A stretch of 64,000 bases of DNA, taken from Catajapyx aquilonaris (taxonomy: Eukaryota). The translations under genes and the position numbers were made by a program. Positions 1-14,500 of the stretch are shown piece after piece; within the stretch, counting starts at the first letter, position 1, and every line of letters begins with the position of its first letter. The stretch is taken from positions 62,001 to 126,000 of the forward strand of contig KZ538100.1 of the NCBI GenBank assembly GCA_000934665.2. Direction: 5' to 3'. The notes beneath the pieces are model-generated. The model made no database searches. It had not been told where the DNA came from and was given only the letters and a program-made list of their open reading frames with translations.

Positions 1-2432
1 TTCGCTGCTGCTGCTGCTGCTGCTGCTGCAAACACCAGCGCCGGACTAAAACCCCTGCCAATTTCCAATGATTGCTTCCACTTTTCAGGGGGTGTTACGA
101 CCTATGCGACACACACACATACACACTCAAAATGCACACAAAAGCTAATCCGATATATCTGTACGTTGTTGGATGTCAGATTCGAATTGGCGTCGCCGCC
201 AGCCATGGACGCTAAATTGCTTCTAGCGTTGCAAATTTGCCGAAATTTTTAATTGGCGCTTAACAGTGTCGCAATGAGCCATATTTATGCTTTTGGCAAA
301 AGTGATAGGGAATTCCTGGGGGGGAATGGGCAATGATGGCATTCATCCTCTCCTTATAAGTTATGCCTTCTATAAAGTGAGGTGCCTTGCAATTTTTTGG
401 CACTAAGTGCTTGTTGCAGTATTAGCTATACCATTGCAATGTCTGTAGTCGAATTTTTATGATGTGCGACAAAATCCTCGTCGCATTATACCTAACTATA
501 TTTTTGATAGCCCCTAAAAGCTTAGTGTAGGGGAAAATCACGAATTGCAAACCACACCTGCATAGGAACACACTGAATAACAGACTGATTAGCTCGAGCC
601 CAGTTATATATAGCAGGCAGAATAGAAAATGCATTGTCGGTTTTTGAGCAGTTCTCTGTCTCTCGGCACTGTTTGAGACGCACCTCTGTTGCCGGTTGTT
701 TGGCCAAGGTGCAAATAGCATCTGTTTGGAGAGATATCACGTCATGTGTCATCTGTGCATATGTATGTGCCATGCAGCGTTGGCAGGTGCAATATTGAAC
801 GCAAATCACAATCAGTCAGACTTTTTTTTGCTTTCTATTTTTATTTTTTGCGAGCGGGTGTCACTCAAAACGTCGGCAATAACAATGCCAGGGGGGAGGG
901 GAAATGCAACTGCGCGTCAAAACGTCAACGACGCCACAGATTATGTTTAATATTGCTGGTTCAAAAATGCGGACGAATGATCGTCATTATTGCTGTATCT
1001 CTCTGTTATGTACTGAAACCGCAGGAGAGATTATGAAGCATCCTGCTGGTACATCACCTCGATTACATGGCGTACAGCGACGCTTAGAATGATCAAACCG
1101 GTGCACTCCGCCAGAGTGAAGCTTACGTAACGGATTAAACTGTAAGTTGAACTTAATTTGTCAAAGTGTAACTGGGTTTCTGTGATGACGTTAGTCGGCC
1201 GGGACATCACAGGCGGCGTCTGGACACAACTTGTGTACAGTGTACCGGACGCTCTCCCGGGGGGGACTCCATTAGTCACATTGCCTCTCAAACTCACGAC
1301 TCTACATGATTACTCTTGCGGTGGGGTCACTTTGCATCATATAACGTGTGCCGCAACACTATTTTTGGTATTTTAGGACTAGCTTATTTTCCATTGTCCG
1401 AAACTTTTCCCCCCCAGTTTGGACAGGGACATTGAGTAGTGTCCTGCGGGTGATATAGCGGACAGGGGCAAGTCCTTTTTGCATGGCCCGCAGACTGCGG
1501 CAGCTATAAACTGCGTAATATGTTAGCGTTAGCAGACAGCCGGGGGCTGCCATGGGGGGGGTGGAAGTGCACTTTGGAGGCCTCCCATCCACCCCACCGA
1601 ACAAGGCGGCGTGTCTTTGTCGAATAAAATAGGATCATAGCTCCGGAATAGGTCCTTATCGTAGCTGGGCGCAATAAATCGCTCCCATAATTCCCAGCGA
1701 TGAAAGCTGCCCGAGACTGTTCGGCGCTTTGCACTTGACCCACTCCATTCAGACGCCGCCGGGGTAAGGTCGCGGCCTGCCCTAAAACAAACCGTCTTGC
1801 GAGGTCCAATTAGGACACAAAAGGAGCTCGCATAATTAGGACGTCATAAATTATTAGGCACACAAAACGACCGGGACACGATTCAAGTTCCGGTCGCAAA
1901 AATAATAATGCAGCGCGCAAATTCAATTTTAATCGGAGTGTCGAATTAGCGAGGCGAGATGATTCCTGCCGGCGCAACAATGGGGCCAACCGTCGCAAAT
2001 TGTCCATCAGCCACACTGCGCCTGTTTATATTCTCATTACACTGCCAGGCCGCTTTGAAGTCTGTGGAGCTGCCTTTTTGTGTGTGTGTGTGGGTCGTTG
2101 TTTTCATCCTATGGCCGACTAATAAATCGGGTGGGTGCAGGGTTGATCCCAAAGTACATGGGAATGGATGACACAAGTGTTTGACGGCGAAGGGGTGCGA
2201 AAGGGCTGGAGGAAAAGCAATAAGAGCCGCATCGATCCTTGGCTGCTGCTGGCGAAAAGCGGAGGAGGGTTGAAGGGTGGGTGGGGGTGTGGGTGGGTGG
2301 GGGAGAAAGAGAAGCGTCTGCTGGCGTTTTGAGGTGGGCTCCGTCGTCGTGTAGCGGAAACGAGGAACATCACGTTCCTCACAAAAAGCCCTCCCCTCTC
2401 CCCATTCGCGGAAGCGATTTGAGGCGGACCAG

Positions 2433-2434
<2 letters not shown>

Positions 2435-2503
<69 letters not shown>
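2435..2503. repeat. (GA)n microsatellite in the presumed NK7 intron
   Basis: About 34 perfect GA units, seen directly. Confidence 0.97.
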
Positions 2504-2505
<2 letters not shown>

Positions 2506-5430
2506 GCAGCCATATTAACTCTGGCGCTAATTTATTGCCGCCTTGATGCATTAGCGTATTAATTAAATCTCCTGCATGGATGGCGAAACAAGCGTGTTCC
2601 TGCCGACGCAAATCAAGTAGTTAGTAGTAGTATCCGGGGGGAGGAAAGACTTCCCACCGTAGGCACTTTATTTTTTTATTTTTTATTTCCAAATTTGGGC
2701 CAAACACGGTGGCGGAGAGACACAAAGAGCGGTGCAAAGTCGTTGATGATCTGCGACGCGGAGAACATTGATCTAAAGCGTTATGGTGATTTATGAGGCA
2801 GTTTGGTCACGGGCCGGGCCCCATAAACATGGCGGGGCTAACAGGCAGGGGTGAAGCCGCCATTAGTCCCGATTATGGCTGCCGCTTAGCATGGAACACG
2901 CTGCTCTCTCAAACGGCCTTCACAAACACCGCGGTTATCAAGTTTTCATTGCCCGCTGCCACTTCAAACAAAGTCCGGCAGCAGTGAGAGATGGCGCCAC
3001 CATAGCCCTGCCATCTACCGGGAAAGTGGCAATCGGCAGCGTTGCGGCGGATTCCGGTCGGATGAAGCGCTTTGAGCGGGCAGGCATGTAAGGAGAGTGG
3101 GAGGCGACGCTTTTCCCTTCCGACACCGCCCAATTATGATTAGCGAGAGTCCTCGCCTATATCGATTGCCGGAACTCTAGTGGGTGGTCGGGTGGGCTTT
3201 TGGAAGGCTGGGGTTGAGAGAGGGGCGCGACTGGTGCTGCAGCAAAGAGAGATGAGGAGGCAGCAAAGGAAAGCGTCTGCGTCATTCAGGAGCATTGAAA
3301 GGGAACCCCTTCAAAGTTCATGCCCAAGTGGTAGAGTCAGGCGCAATCGATCCACGGGTAAAAGCCTCTCTCTCTCTGTGCTGGCTTGTCTCTCTCTGGT
3401 TGGCAGAGATTTCCAGAGCACGTTGTTTCCAGGCTTGGAAATATGGTCGCCAGTGTACTATCAGGGACAAGTAGTTGGCGCTTGGTCTAATGTGATTATG
3501 TGCAAAAAAAAAAAGAAATAAAGAAGGGAGGCCTGCTCTCCCCCTGGGCGTCCACGGGCCTCGTTTTTCCAGTGACATAATATCCGGGCCCTGGTAAGGA
3601 CCCTGGGGCTAGGGGAAGAGGAGGAGGAGGAGACAAATGCCGGCCAGGATTGTTTTCCGGGGCCTGGGCTCCTTTGGGAGGCAAGTCTAGGCTGGCAAAC
3701 AAAGCGCTGTTAGTAGTGGGAGATGGTTGGGGGAGAAAGGGCGTGAGGAAGGCCCATTTGGCTGGAGCCTGGCTGATGCCTCGTGCCGGTCCTTTTAGGG
3801 GGCTTCGGGCCAGATGTGGGTAACGACCCCGGATTCACCCCCCTTCTCTCTCCCGCCCATCCTGGCCCATCATTCCCCGGCTATTCCCCCAAGTGGACCG
3901 TTTGAGGCCTGCTTATCCTAAACGGTATTGCAGCTACTTGCCACTGCCATATATTCGCCGACTCCCACCTTTGCCTCACCACTTCAACCCGGAATGGACG
4001 GACTTAGTTGCCTCACCTCCCACATCTCAGAAGTAAACACATCTCTGGTCACTTTGTCGAGTCCACTGGCATTTCAATTGGAGAGAGATGCTGAATTGAT
4101 CCGATGTTTCTTGTTGAGTGTCCCTTGCGTAGGCGCCAACCTCTCCCATAAGTGATCAGTTAGAATGAGAAGTGGGCAAGGCCGTTAGAGTGCGATGAAG
4201 GGCGTTGATCGGGTATGGCCCGCACACGTCTTGACCGCGATTGGCAAGGGAGCTGGCTGCATCTGAAATGGAGAGAAGTGGGTCCACCGCACTTACTAAG
4301 GAACTAGCAGTGTAGATAGTCTCTATGCTTGCCTTGCCTTGCCTGCTTGGGTGGGTGGGGTGGAGTTGATTCTATTATGGCTGCGAAGGAGAGAGGAACT
4401 GGCTGGGAGTAGTCTGAAGCCCCAGCCCTTTTCCATATCCTTTTACGAGGCGACTAATGAGTGCGCCACCTTGGCCTGCCCCATTCATAAAGCTTATTTA
4501 ATGCTGCACCGCCGGGAGGAGGAGAGAGAGCGGAGGAGGAGGAGAACTCACTTATGGAGCCAAGGCGAATAATAAAAAAAGAGACAACCAAGTCTTTCCA
4601 ACTCGCTGTAACAATCACCCAACACCTGTGGCCGCGCTTTCTTTTTTTTCTGCCATCGTCTTTGCATATCATGCGAGGCCTCCTCTCATCCTAAAAAGGG
4701 AACTGCGCATTTCTGGTCCTTTCTCCCGCCGATGTTCTTAATGAGGCTGACTCCAACAAGATGATGGCACTTGACCCGGCTCCCAGGAGTCCTAATTAGC
4801 CTTTAGTCGCTGCACTCATAAGTGCCTACTCACACGTTAAGCCCTCTACGGAAGGGGGGGGGGGGGATCCCTTCAAACTTAATTTGCCGGAAGACCTAGG
4901 TATCATGCAGACCCTGCAAGCATCATCCCTAAGGCATGTCAGGGTATTGATGTTGCATAAACGTCGAAATGCATGCACGGGTGAAATCCGGAGCATTTAC
5001 AGTCTCATGTAGTTTTTAATCTGTCATCGTATGTTGAGAAAACACCCAGGAGGTATGCGCTATCTCGCCTCGTATAATCATCGCGGTTGACATTTTGCAA
5101 ATGAATAGTGTAGTTGGGTCCAAGTGCCGTGCCTGGGCTCCATATTTTAGTGTCGGCCACTTAGCGTATCCCACAATGGCATTTGGCCTTTTCAATAAAG
5201 CAACACGTTGACCTTTCTTTGCCAGCAACAGGGAGGGAGAGGCTTTAGTGTAGATGTAATCAGGTGGCGGTGAATGGATGAAGGGGGGGAACTGGGAATA
5301 AATGCGGTGTAAATGAATGCAGCGCGGGCGAGCAGACGTAACAGGTTGTAGTGAGAGCGCCGTGCATATGTGCTGCGATGTTGGCGGTGTTTCTGTACGG
5401 TCTTCTTTTTTTCTCTTCCTTTTCCTATAG

Positions 5431-6102
5431 GTGAAGATCTGGTTCCAGAACAGGAGAACAAAGTGGAAGAAGCAGGACAACATCAGCAACGCGGAGGCTG
5501 CCGAGCACAAGAACCAGGCCATCGGGAAGCAGCCTGGGGAGAAGGGGAAAGGCGAGGGCACCAAGGGCGGGACCGGGGGCAGCACCCCCACCGCCCCTCC
5601 GGCCTCCGCCCCGATCAGCGCCCCTGGCACCCCAGCGACCAACAACAGCAGCAGCGGGACGACCACACCCGCGTTGAACACGAACGGTGTCGGCGTCGGG
5701 ACTTCCCCGGCGCCATCCTCCGCATCTTCCTCCTCGTCTAAAAGCAGTAAAGGTGGTGGGGACGTCAGTATAAGTGTGGCAGGTGGTGGTGGTGGTGCGA
5801 CGGAGACTAAGGTGGCGAAGAAAGGGTCGCTGGCTGACCTGGTTCTTGACTCTGGTAGCGAGGACCATTCGAACGCGTCCAACATGTTCATGCAGGACGG
5901 GACAGGGTCGGAGTCGGAGCAGTCCTCCGAGGAGCCAGAGACCAGGAGTGGGACGGCCCCAGTGGACTCTAAAGGGTCGCCCCCTCACAGACAGCACCAC
6001 CACCATCCGCATCACCCCGCGCATCACCAACAGCCGCAGCACCACATGGACGGAAGCAGCAAGGACACGGAAAGTGACGCGCCCTTGTCGCCCTCGAGTT
6101 AA
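5431..6102 (+). CDS. NK7: NK7 homeobox gene, terminal coding exon (homeodomain helix 3 and C-terminal tail); upstream exons not found in the window
   Basis: Strong polypyrimidine tract and acceptor (tcttctttttttctcttccttttcctatag|GTG) at 5430. The exon reads VKIWFQNRRTKWKKQDNISNAEAAEHK. The post-homeodomain stretch DNxxNxEAAEHK matches my recollection of NK7-family proteins (NK1/slouch has KWKKQNPG instead). Phase-0 intron before VKIWF is a common homeobox intron position. GC-rich codons run to TAA at 6100-6102. Confidence 0.88.
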   Translation: MKIWFQNRRTKWKKQDNISNAEAAEHKNQAIGKQPGEKGKGEGTKGGTGGSTPTAPPASAPISAPGTPATNNSSSGTTTPALNTNGVGVGTSPAPSSASSSSSKSSKGGGDVSISVAGGGGGATETKVAKKGSLADLVLDSGSEDHSNASNMFMQDGTGSESEQSSEEPETRSGTAPVDSKGSPPHRQHHHHPHHPAHHQQPQHHMDGSSKDTESDAPLSPSS

Positions 6103-6380
6103 CCCCGTGATTCACTCTTCCCTTCCTTTTTCCTTCCATTCTTCATCATCGCCACCCCTTCCAAACGCTTCTTTCCCTTCCGACTGTACATACACACACA
6201 CACAACTATTATATACATTTCGGGGCGTAGCTAAGGCCAGGGGCTTGCCTTCCCTTGGAGGTTATGCTGCTCACGTTCTGGGCCACAGGACAACACTCGT
6301 GGGGCCTTTTATCCGTTTCTGTCTTGTGCTCACTTTCGGCCACGTTCATTTTGCCTGGAACTCTTACATTGCCTGTCTCA

Positions 6381-6386
6381 AATAAA
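6381..6386 (+). terminator. Candidate polyadenylation signal of NK7
   Basis: First AATAAA after the stop codon, ~280 nt downstream. Confidence 0.4.
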
Positions 6387-8397
6387 AAGAGGGAATAATA
6401 AGTTATATAAATTGAAGAGGGACGGCCATCAAATCTCAATTTGTGGCATTTTCTGAACGACCCAGAATAATTATCAGTAATCGAGAAAAGGCACAGCTAG
6501 AAAAACCTAGAATGTTTGAATCTTATATTTTGGTGCATTTAAAAATTATTTTTAGCAAATCATTTGTTTGATAAAAACGTTATCCCTAGAGCCTTTCATA
6601 ATTATTCGATTGCTTGAAACAAGCGTACAATTATTTTGTGATAATTTCTTCCCAGTGACATGCAGTATTTCCCCCCATTTTGTTTCATGTCCGATATGGC
6701 GAAAGTTGCTGCGCAGATACAACTTATGACATGTTCGACCCCCCCGGTGAAATGTATGTGCCCGCTAGTGGCTGAAAAATTGAAAAGGTGTGGTCCCTAT
6801 AATAATCTGTAATGGTAAACAATGAGGATCCGGTGAGCCAGCGTGTGCAGCGTAATTGGCTTTAACGCGCACTGTACTTTGACCATCGCATTAATTTTAG
6901 TGCAAAGAGTATAAAAATTTATTTATTGTGGTCTGTACCCAGGTACGTATAAAAATGCCTAATGCCACTAGAGTGGTATCGATACGAGTACATAAAAGTT
7001 ACACACTATAAATGTTTACTTGGTAGCAGTTTACGAGCTGGTAATGAGGTGACAAGGGTACAAAATTTTTATAACCTTACGCTCTTCTCTATAATAAAAT
7101 TTAACGCTAATCTTGTGTATACGTGGACGCAATCGTACCTTCGTCATAAATGCATCGGTATACTTTTCCTTTTCCTTTTATACTCGTACTCGAATCTTAG
7201 CTACCCGTATTTTCAAACCTACTTGTAGAGTTTTTTATGATGAGAATATTAACATAAATCAGAAGTCTATTCTGTAGAGTTTTCATATAAGACTGAGCTT
7301 GTTCGTACTGAAAGGTCAAAGCTGTTCTTTTCCCGCACGCATTAATTTTGCTTGTTTGTTAAAACCGCATCGAGCAAGTGTGCAGTAAAGACGAGTATTG
7401 TTTGGCTTAATTAGACGAATGTACTCGACCTTATGGGCACATTGCAGTTGCGGCTTTTGCAGCAGAGAGTGCGCCGCAGTTACGTGCTCTTATTAGAATG
7501 AATTCCCTGCCAGCTTGAGCGAAAAGGAGTGCTGTGAGAAATGTTTGTGCGACCCTATTTGATTAGCAAGATGGCTTTGGTTTTGATCATAATTAGTGGT
7601 GGACGACCCAACACGTGCAATTTCCATAATGAATGGGGAGGGGTTCGCATATAAAGGGGGCGGTTGGCGCAAGAGACGTTGAAGAACAATCCTCTCTCTC
7701 TCTCCCTCTCTGTCTATTCTCTCTATTATATGATGGGGCTTTGCTCCTCCCAAGCCTCCAAACACCAGACGCAGATATATCGAAACGGATAGGGAGGAAG
7801 GACAGTAATTAAATGCGGGGCCTGCCCTTGCATCACACAGCCCAGCAAAGCAGCCTTCATATTTCGAGGGGGGATGGGCATTCATTCCCACCCGAATGTA
7901 ATTACAGCAGAAACGTGATTAGCAGGTAATTACCCCCCATGCCATTGCTTGTCTTCCGACTTCATATTTTTTTTTGAAACAAATTTCGGGCCGAGCTTTT
8001 TGAGCCACCCTGTAGCTTCCTCTGCATTTTTTTCCCCCACCGTTGGATGGTAAAGGGCAGGATGTAATATTGGGCTGGAAATAATCACGATTCACGACGT
8101 TTCCATAGCCTGAGTAAATTAAAATGAGGAAGAACTCGGGATATGAGAGAGAGAGAAACGCGTCGGAATTTAGTTAGCCGTTGCCTGGGCGCTCTCTAAT
8201 AAAGTAGATTAATAGCACTTTTTAAAACCGCTGTATCCCCCTTTTAATAGAGGCATAACCAAAGTCAACTTGCCTTCAGCTAGAGCCCGTCAGGGCTGTT
8301 ACAACATTCATAAAAGCACTTTGCCTGTTATGAATATTGAAGATGATTCGGAAAATATTTGGAAAAAGTGTTCTGCAAGGCTTACTCGCCCCCCCCC

Positions 8398-8500
8398 NNN
8401 NNNNNNNNNNNNNNNNNNNNNNNNNNNNNNNNNNNNNNNNNNNNNNNNNNNNNNNNNNNNNNNNNNNNNNNNNNNNNNNNNNNNNNNNNNNNNNNNNNNN
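8398..8500. other. Assembly gap (103 N) flanked on both sides by poly-C
   Basis: N run between C homopolymers. Isolated Ns elsewhere (31086, 32938, 36105-36107, 38274) also fall in G/C runs. Confidence 0.98.
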
Positions 8501-11500
8501 CCCCCCCCCCCCCCAAGTATACATGTGGAGGCAGCATTCTGGAAGGGCTTTTGTGTATTACTTTTGAAACTGTATTTAATCAGACATCATTGGAATTAAA
8601 CCTGGTTGTGTTTACGTTGTAAGGATACACTACGCTGTTTCTCTCAGATGGGTACATTTTTTTTTTTCTTAAAAGAACACGTACATATAAGACGAGCAAG
8701 CGGCGCTTATTAATTATTATCGAATGGTTTTGGACGTAAGGAGTGACGTGTGTGTCTGTGTACCCTTAGCTACGCCCCGAGCAATTATTTGTCCACTATC
8801 ATTTAAAAAAATGGAGAACTCGACGACCAGAAGTACATATTTTATAAATACTCTGTATCATAGGCCACATGGTATAAAATGCCAGAGAGTAGAGCTTAAT
8901 AAGGCGAAGAAGAAGAAGAGTCACTCGGCCAAGTCCTTGCCCTGTGAAGTAGTCAACAATTTACTTTCTTAGTGCAATGATGGTGTGTAAAATAATCTCC
9001 TTCATCTTATTTTTATGAATCTCATTCATCCTGAATCGTCATTTGTAAAACTATTGTCACGTGCGATCATTACAGCGAGAGCAAGAGCTTCTGTGTGCAA
9101 AAAAATAAGAAGAAAAACTAGTGTGCAATGGTTTTTATTTTATATCCTCTCACGAAAGAAAATCTCATTTTTTTTGGAGACCGGAGAGAACTGTGGGGAA
9201 ATGATTTTGAACAAAAAAAATATATGAAGAAAAAGAGCATAACTTTGTATCCCTTATACGTTTCCTCTCCGAGAGAAAAAAAACTGGTAACATCACGTAA
9301 CTCATCCCAAAGCTGATGTTCTCACAACAATGTTGCGTGAAAAATCGTGTAATGTACATAAAATACCTGGTAATAATAAAGAGTTCATCAGCGCAATGTG
9401 GCTTATTACCATGGGCATTTGGCCTGGCTGCATAATTCACATTGCTCACTGTACGTTGTATGCTGGACGTGCATATCAAAGTGAGGGGTTTGGATGGGGG
9501 GAAGCTGCTGGACGATCTATGCACTGTTGGAGCTTCATCATCATCATCATGATCATCATGATGACGATCAGCATGCGCGACCACCGGAGCCGGCTAAAAG
9601 TGAGCCGGTGAATGAGTCCGGCCAACATTTCATAGCAAATTATGGGATCAAGTGCCCCCCACCATCCCCTCCCACATGGACCCCCACCCCCTGCATCCAT
9701 CGCACACTCCAAACTCTTTTTCGCGGGTTTTATCTATCAGCACGGCCCGGGACCAGGGTTTTACACCACACCTGCATTTCACTCTGCAATGCAAACCCAA
9801 TAAAACGCGGCCCCATTTGCACCCGCACCAGCACGAAAAACAACGCAATCTGACGAGTATATTTATCACGCGCTCATCCCAAGCCCAAACCGCACACAAT
9901 TACAATTACTCTAAACACTAAATAATAATGATAATGATAATAATCGATATGCCTAAAAATCGGCTTATTCTCTCTTTCCGTTTGTTTGTCCGTGTTTCTA
10001 CTATCTCTCGCACCACTTGAGAGTGGCAGTAGTGTGCAGAGGGAGGATGCGCCATCTCTGCGTGGAGAAGAGTACTACAAATATTTTGTCTTCATTAAAG
10101 TGAGCTTCATATTTTATATAATATGATTAACACTAGTAGGCTACAAATATAATAAAGAGGATTGGCCTCTTCAGAATGAACAGTATACCCGCAGCACAAA
10201 TTCGGCGTGCCAATAGTGCAGTAATTTAATGTCGTAATGAACTTGCACAAGTGTATCAGGATATGGGTAACAATTGGCCATAATTGTAATCTATCCGGGT
10301 GGGTTGGACAAAAACCGGTCCCGGACATAATGGCTGGTTGTGACCGACTCGGGCGCGAAATTCGCGTTTTCCTCCGTATTAGGCAACAAATCATCGATAA
10401 AAAATAATAACAATCCATTGCGGAATAATTATTAGAGTAATGCACTTAAAACGAGGAGGCTCTTGATTGGTGCTGACGAGAGTTGATTTGGCGTGATGAG
10501 CTATTTGATTCTAATTGCGTCTGTTTCTGAGGAGCGTTTTATAGTTCAACCGGACTGTCAATCCTGTTTGACCGGATACGTACCCCGGCAGCAAAGTTAA
10601 TCGAATGCAATCTGCAGACAGGAGTCGCATGCTTGTCTCCTTGCTATGCGCACTCATTAGTCATTGCAGCTAGTGCTAGTTCACGTGTACCGTTGTGGCT
10701 TAGGGAGTGCGAAAAGATGTCTCGGCATTTCAAACTAATTGCGAGGCTCTGACGTGTACGTGCTGACCTTCATGTTTCTGCGCAGACATTTCTGGTGAGC
10801 TAATCAAACTGATTTGTCTGATTGGACAAGGGTCGTTTCTGACAGCAGTTCGGCAAGAATCGAGCACCGGTTTTCATCAATCAGGTAAGTCCAGCAGGGT
10901 ATTATTGCCTTTTACACCCAAAAAAATGTGTTAGTAAACGGCGTGTATATGGCCGAACATACCTGATTCGATATGAATTCATGGAAGAAGTGGTCCTGCC
11001 ACACCTTGACGGCATTACGCTCGGATTGTGACACGCAACAAGAGTCGAGGGAATTCCTTTATCATCAACGGTAATCAAATTTACGGCACATTGTATATAG
11101 TTTCTTCTCCTCGAGCGTGTCCTGCAAAAATGAAGTTGATTGCTGGGAGCGCATCAAGGATCATGAAACGGTTCGAGATTCCGAGTGATTAACTGTCTCC
11201 TGGCTCTTGAGATCGATATGCCAAACCTGTTTTGGGTCCTAATGACAGCAGAGAATCATGGCTTCCCCACCCCCCATCCTACCCAACACCCCCCAAGCAA
11301 CAGCAAGAGAACCGATCAAGAGCAATGAAAATGTGGCTGGAAGGGGGGGTTCTCTTTTGAGAGCCGAGTTCATTTCCCAGCCTTTGTTCCGAGTAATGCA
11401 GCAACGGCGCCGATCAAAGATGCTGGAAAGCGACACAAAGTTCGAGACAATGCCCCCGACGCCCTAGGTGCCTTCTCTCTTTTTTAAATAGGGTCGAGGG

Positions 11501-14500
11501 TACGCGATAATGGACCCATGCTTCTGCTCAAGATGCACACTTTACATATACACACAGGCCGCCTCAGACTTACAACTCGCAGGAAAAAAAGAGAGGCGCA
11601 TTGTTCTGTCAAGGGGGCGACGAAATGAGATAAAAAGCATTTTGCCGCCTGTTACTCAACTCATCATAGCCACCAGCAAGTGTGCCATCGCTCCAATCAT
11701 CGGAGCAACCAGCTGCAAGGAAGGAACCATACTGTATATCGAGAAAGGGGGGGTCCTTTGTGCCTGCCATGTATATACGCACTGATTTAATCGAATTTTG
11801 ATTCTGGACAAACTTTGGCGCAAACTTGATTCAATAGCTGCTTACATAACGTGACTCGTATTTTCACGACCTTCCTAAACTTAATTTATTAAAGTAACCT
11901 GGTTGTGTACCTAAATTGATTTTAAATTCGAGGCTATCCGACGTGACACCGGCCATACAAAATTGCGCACTTTTGCGCACCAAAAAAGCACAATTTTGCG
12001 GTAATGGGAACAGGCGCAGTTTAAACGCGGGCGCATTTTGCGGACAACCTTCTCTGAGTTCAAGCCTGGAGGGACTCATGACGAGTGATGAAGAGCAGGC
12101 AAATTCCAAGTCCACAGTAATGGAAGCGATAGTTGTTTACCCCCAGCAACCCCAAAATGTTGCTCTTGTCATGGGGGCGTGATTGTTTCCGATTGTTTAA
12201 AAAAAATGAATATCTGGGGAGGATAATCCTCCACTTGAACTGTGTACTTTAGTCGGTGTATCCAACTAAACCCTCCCAGTGGCAGCATTTTGTGTGGGTG
12301 TGCTGGGTTGATGGGGGGTGGGGACGGGTTCCATCATTAACCCGGGCCCTGGGTGTGTGGGCGGGTGGGAGAGCAGCCAGTGCTACACATAACACGCGAA
12401 TGCCATCAAATTATTCCAGGGGCCTGACATCGCATCGCCCCCATCTGTGTGCCTAATCGCATCAGTTTGATAACTGCTTTTGTTTCGTATTATGTCAATC
12501 AACAGAGCAATAACACGCTCCCAGATCTAATTAGCAATCACAATGTCCGCCTCCATACAATGCTGGGCGCAGGGCCAATCCCCGGATTTCCCCCCCACTA
12601 TACTGTTGTTTGCCCCCTCCTGCTCTCTCTCTCGTTATTATTAGCCCCCCCTTTTCTATGCACTTATCTGCTGGACCTCTCTACGTTATTTTTGGCTAGA
12701 TGGGTGGGAGGGTGGATAACGATAACGTCAATTGTGCCCCCCACTTTTTTTTAAGCGAATGAGAGGGGCTACAGGTGTCCTCCCCTGCCCTCCCCTGCCA
12801 GCACTCCATATATGAAAATCTGACATTGTGCAAACTGGAGGTCCACTCTATATTCACAATCCAGTTTACACGCACACGGAGAGCGAGTGGAAAATGTAGT
12901 GTAACCAGCAGTGCTAGCTTGCAGCCTGTTGTTTCAATCGGTTCCGAATGATTCCCTCCACCTGTCATGGCTCCAGTCGAGCAATTATCATAAATCGAGT
13001 CGGCCCCCATAAAATCAGGCAGCGGGAGGTTTGGGGAGGGGGGTGGTATAAGGGGGCAGAAATATCCCCGGACTAGTCGGGCACTTAAACAAGGAGCCAA
13101 TTCCAAAGAGACCCATCATGGAGAGCCAACAAAACTGGAATGGATCCGAACGCCACCTTCCACCCACCCACCTCCCTACCACGGTCCATTGTAGCTGTGA
13201 TTTAATAACACGGGTCCTCGTTATTGCTCGGGGAACTCGGGGAAAAAAGAGACGTAGCTCCTCTCACACATCTCTCTGCCCACACCACTAACTGGTAAAC
13301 AATCGCGATATATACACGCCCCTCGTATTAATTATTATTCAATCCCGAGATTTTAATTGTTTCATCGTGTTATACCGGAAGCGATTTTAAGAGGTACAAG
13401 TCAATTAATCGAACCGCTTTCGGTTTGTTTTATGATCCAGAAAATCTCGAAATATCGGACATCATTTTGCCATTCAAGCCTGGAACACACGAATAGCCCA
13501 AAATGAGGCACGATTGTCAAACCCGTTTTTCGCAACTCAAAAGAACCGGTATAGGAAAACACAGTGTCACTTTCTAGTGTATAATGTTATAAGGGAGCAA
13601 CTTCCATTCAAACCGATTGTGCAACAATGGGCAGATTGAGCTAGATTTGTGCTTTTAGTTGGGCGATGCCTGCTTAATGAGCCTTCTCCAAAAAACCACC
13701 TATAAAATTCACTTTTCCGAGCCTCTCTCCCCAAACTACTCGTGAGTTGTCAGTTTGATCCGCAAATCGCGTGAATAAACCGGCGATGCGACCGCTGCCG
13801 ACGCGATAAATAATCTAGGAGTGCCCGCTCATGTTGTCGGCATGTGATGGGCCTTTGACCTCCACTAGCTATGGCACCACACACACACACAGCCTTCCTC
13901 TCTATATACAGTAACAACATGATGGCATGGTGGTGGCGAGCTGATGGAGAGGGGGGGTTGCTCATTGAAAATGCAATCGGCGGCGTCGATGCTAACGTAA
14001 TTATTTTGTTTATGGCCTACTTTGCACCAGGTATAAAACGCTTGTTAATACAACTCGTTAGGCCTCCGCACCTTCCATTCTCAAACCCCCCCGTGTCTAT
14101 ATTTATCGGGCAAGATCTGCCCTCCTCCTGATGCTTCTTTGGTAGAACATGCAACTGAGGATGAGGAGGGGCCAAAGTTGCAATTTATCTCCCGGGACTG
14201 GGAGTAATTGTATAATTCGCTTATCTTGGAGGCAGGTTTTGGCGAACAAAGTGGGGCTGTAAATCCAGCTGGGGGTCTGCTCTCATGCCTGCCTGATCAT
14301 AAAACGATGGCCAAAAGGTGTTGGGCACATTGCCCGGATCAGCCCTCGCTTGCTTTGCTGCTGGTTCAGACCACTTCTTTCCCCCCTTTTTTCATTATTA
14401 TTCCTCTCTCTTGTCTTTTCGGCATATCCACTTCTGACATCTTGATGCTAATGAGGCAGACCTGCGTAAATCACCTAATCAGATCTAACTGCAGTTTGAG

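Noticed and set aside
5016..6385. Long ORFs 5016..5891(-), 5425..6045(-), 5370..5741(+) and 5774..6385(+)
   Set aside because: Shadow frames of the GC-rich NK7 exon; no independent motifs or splice support.
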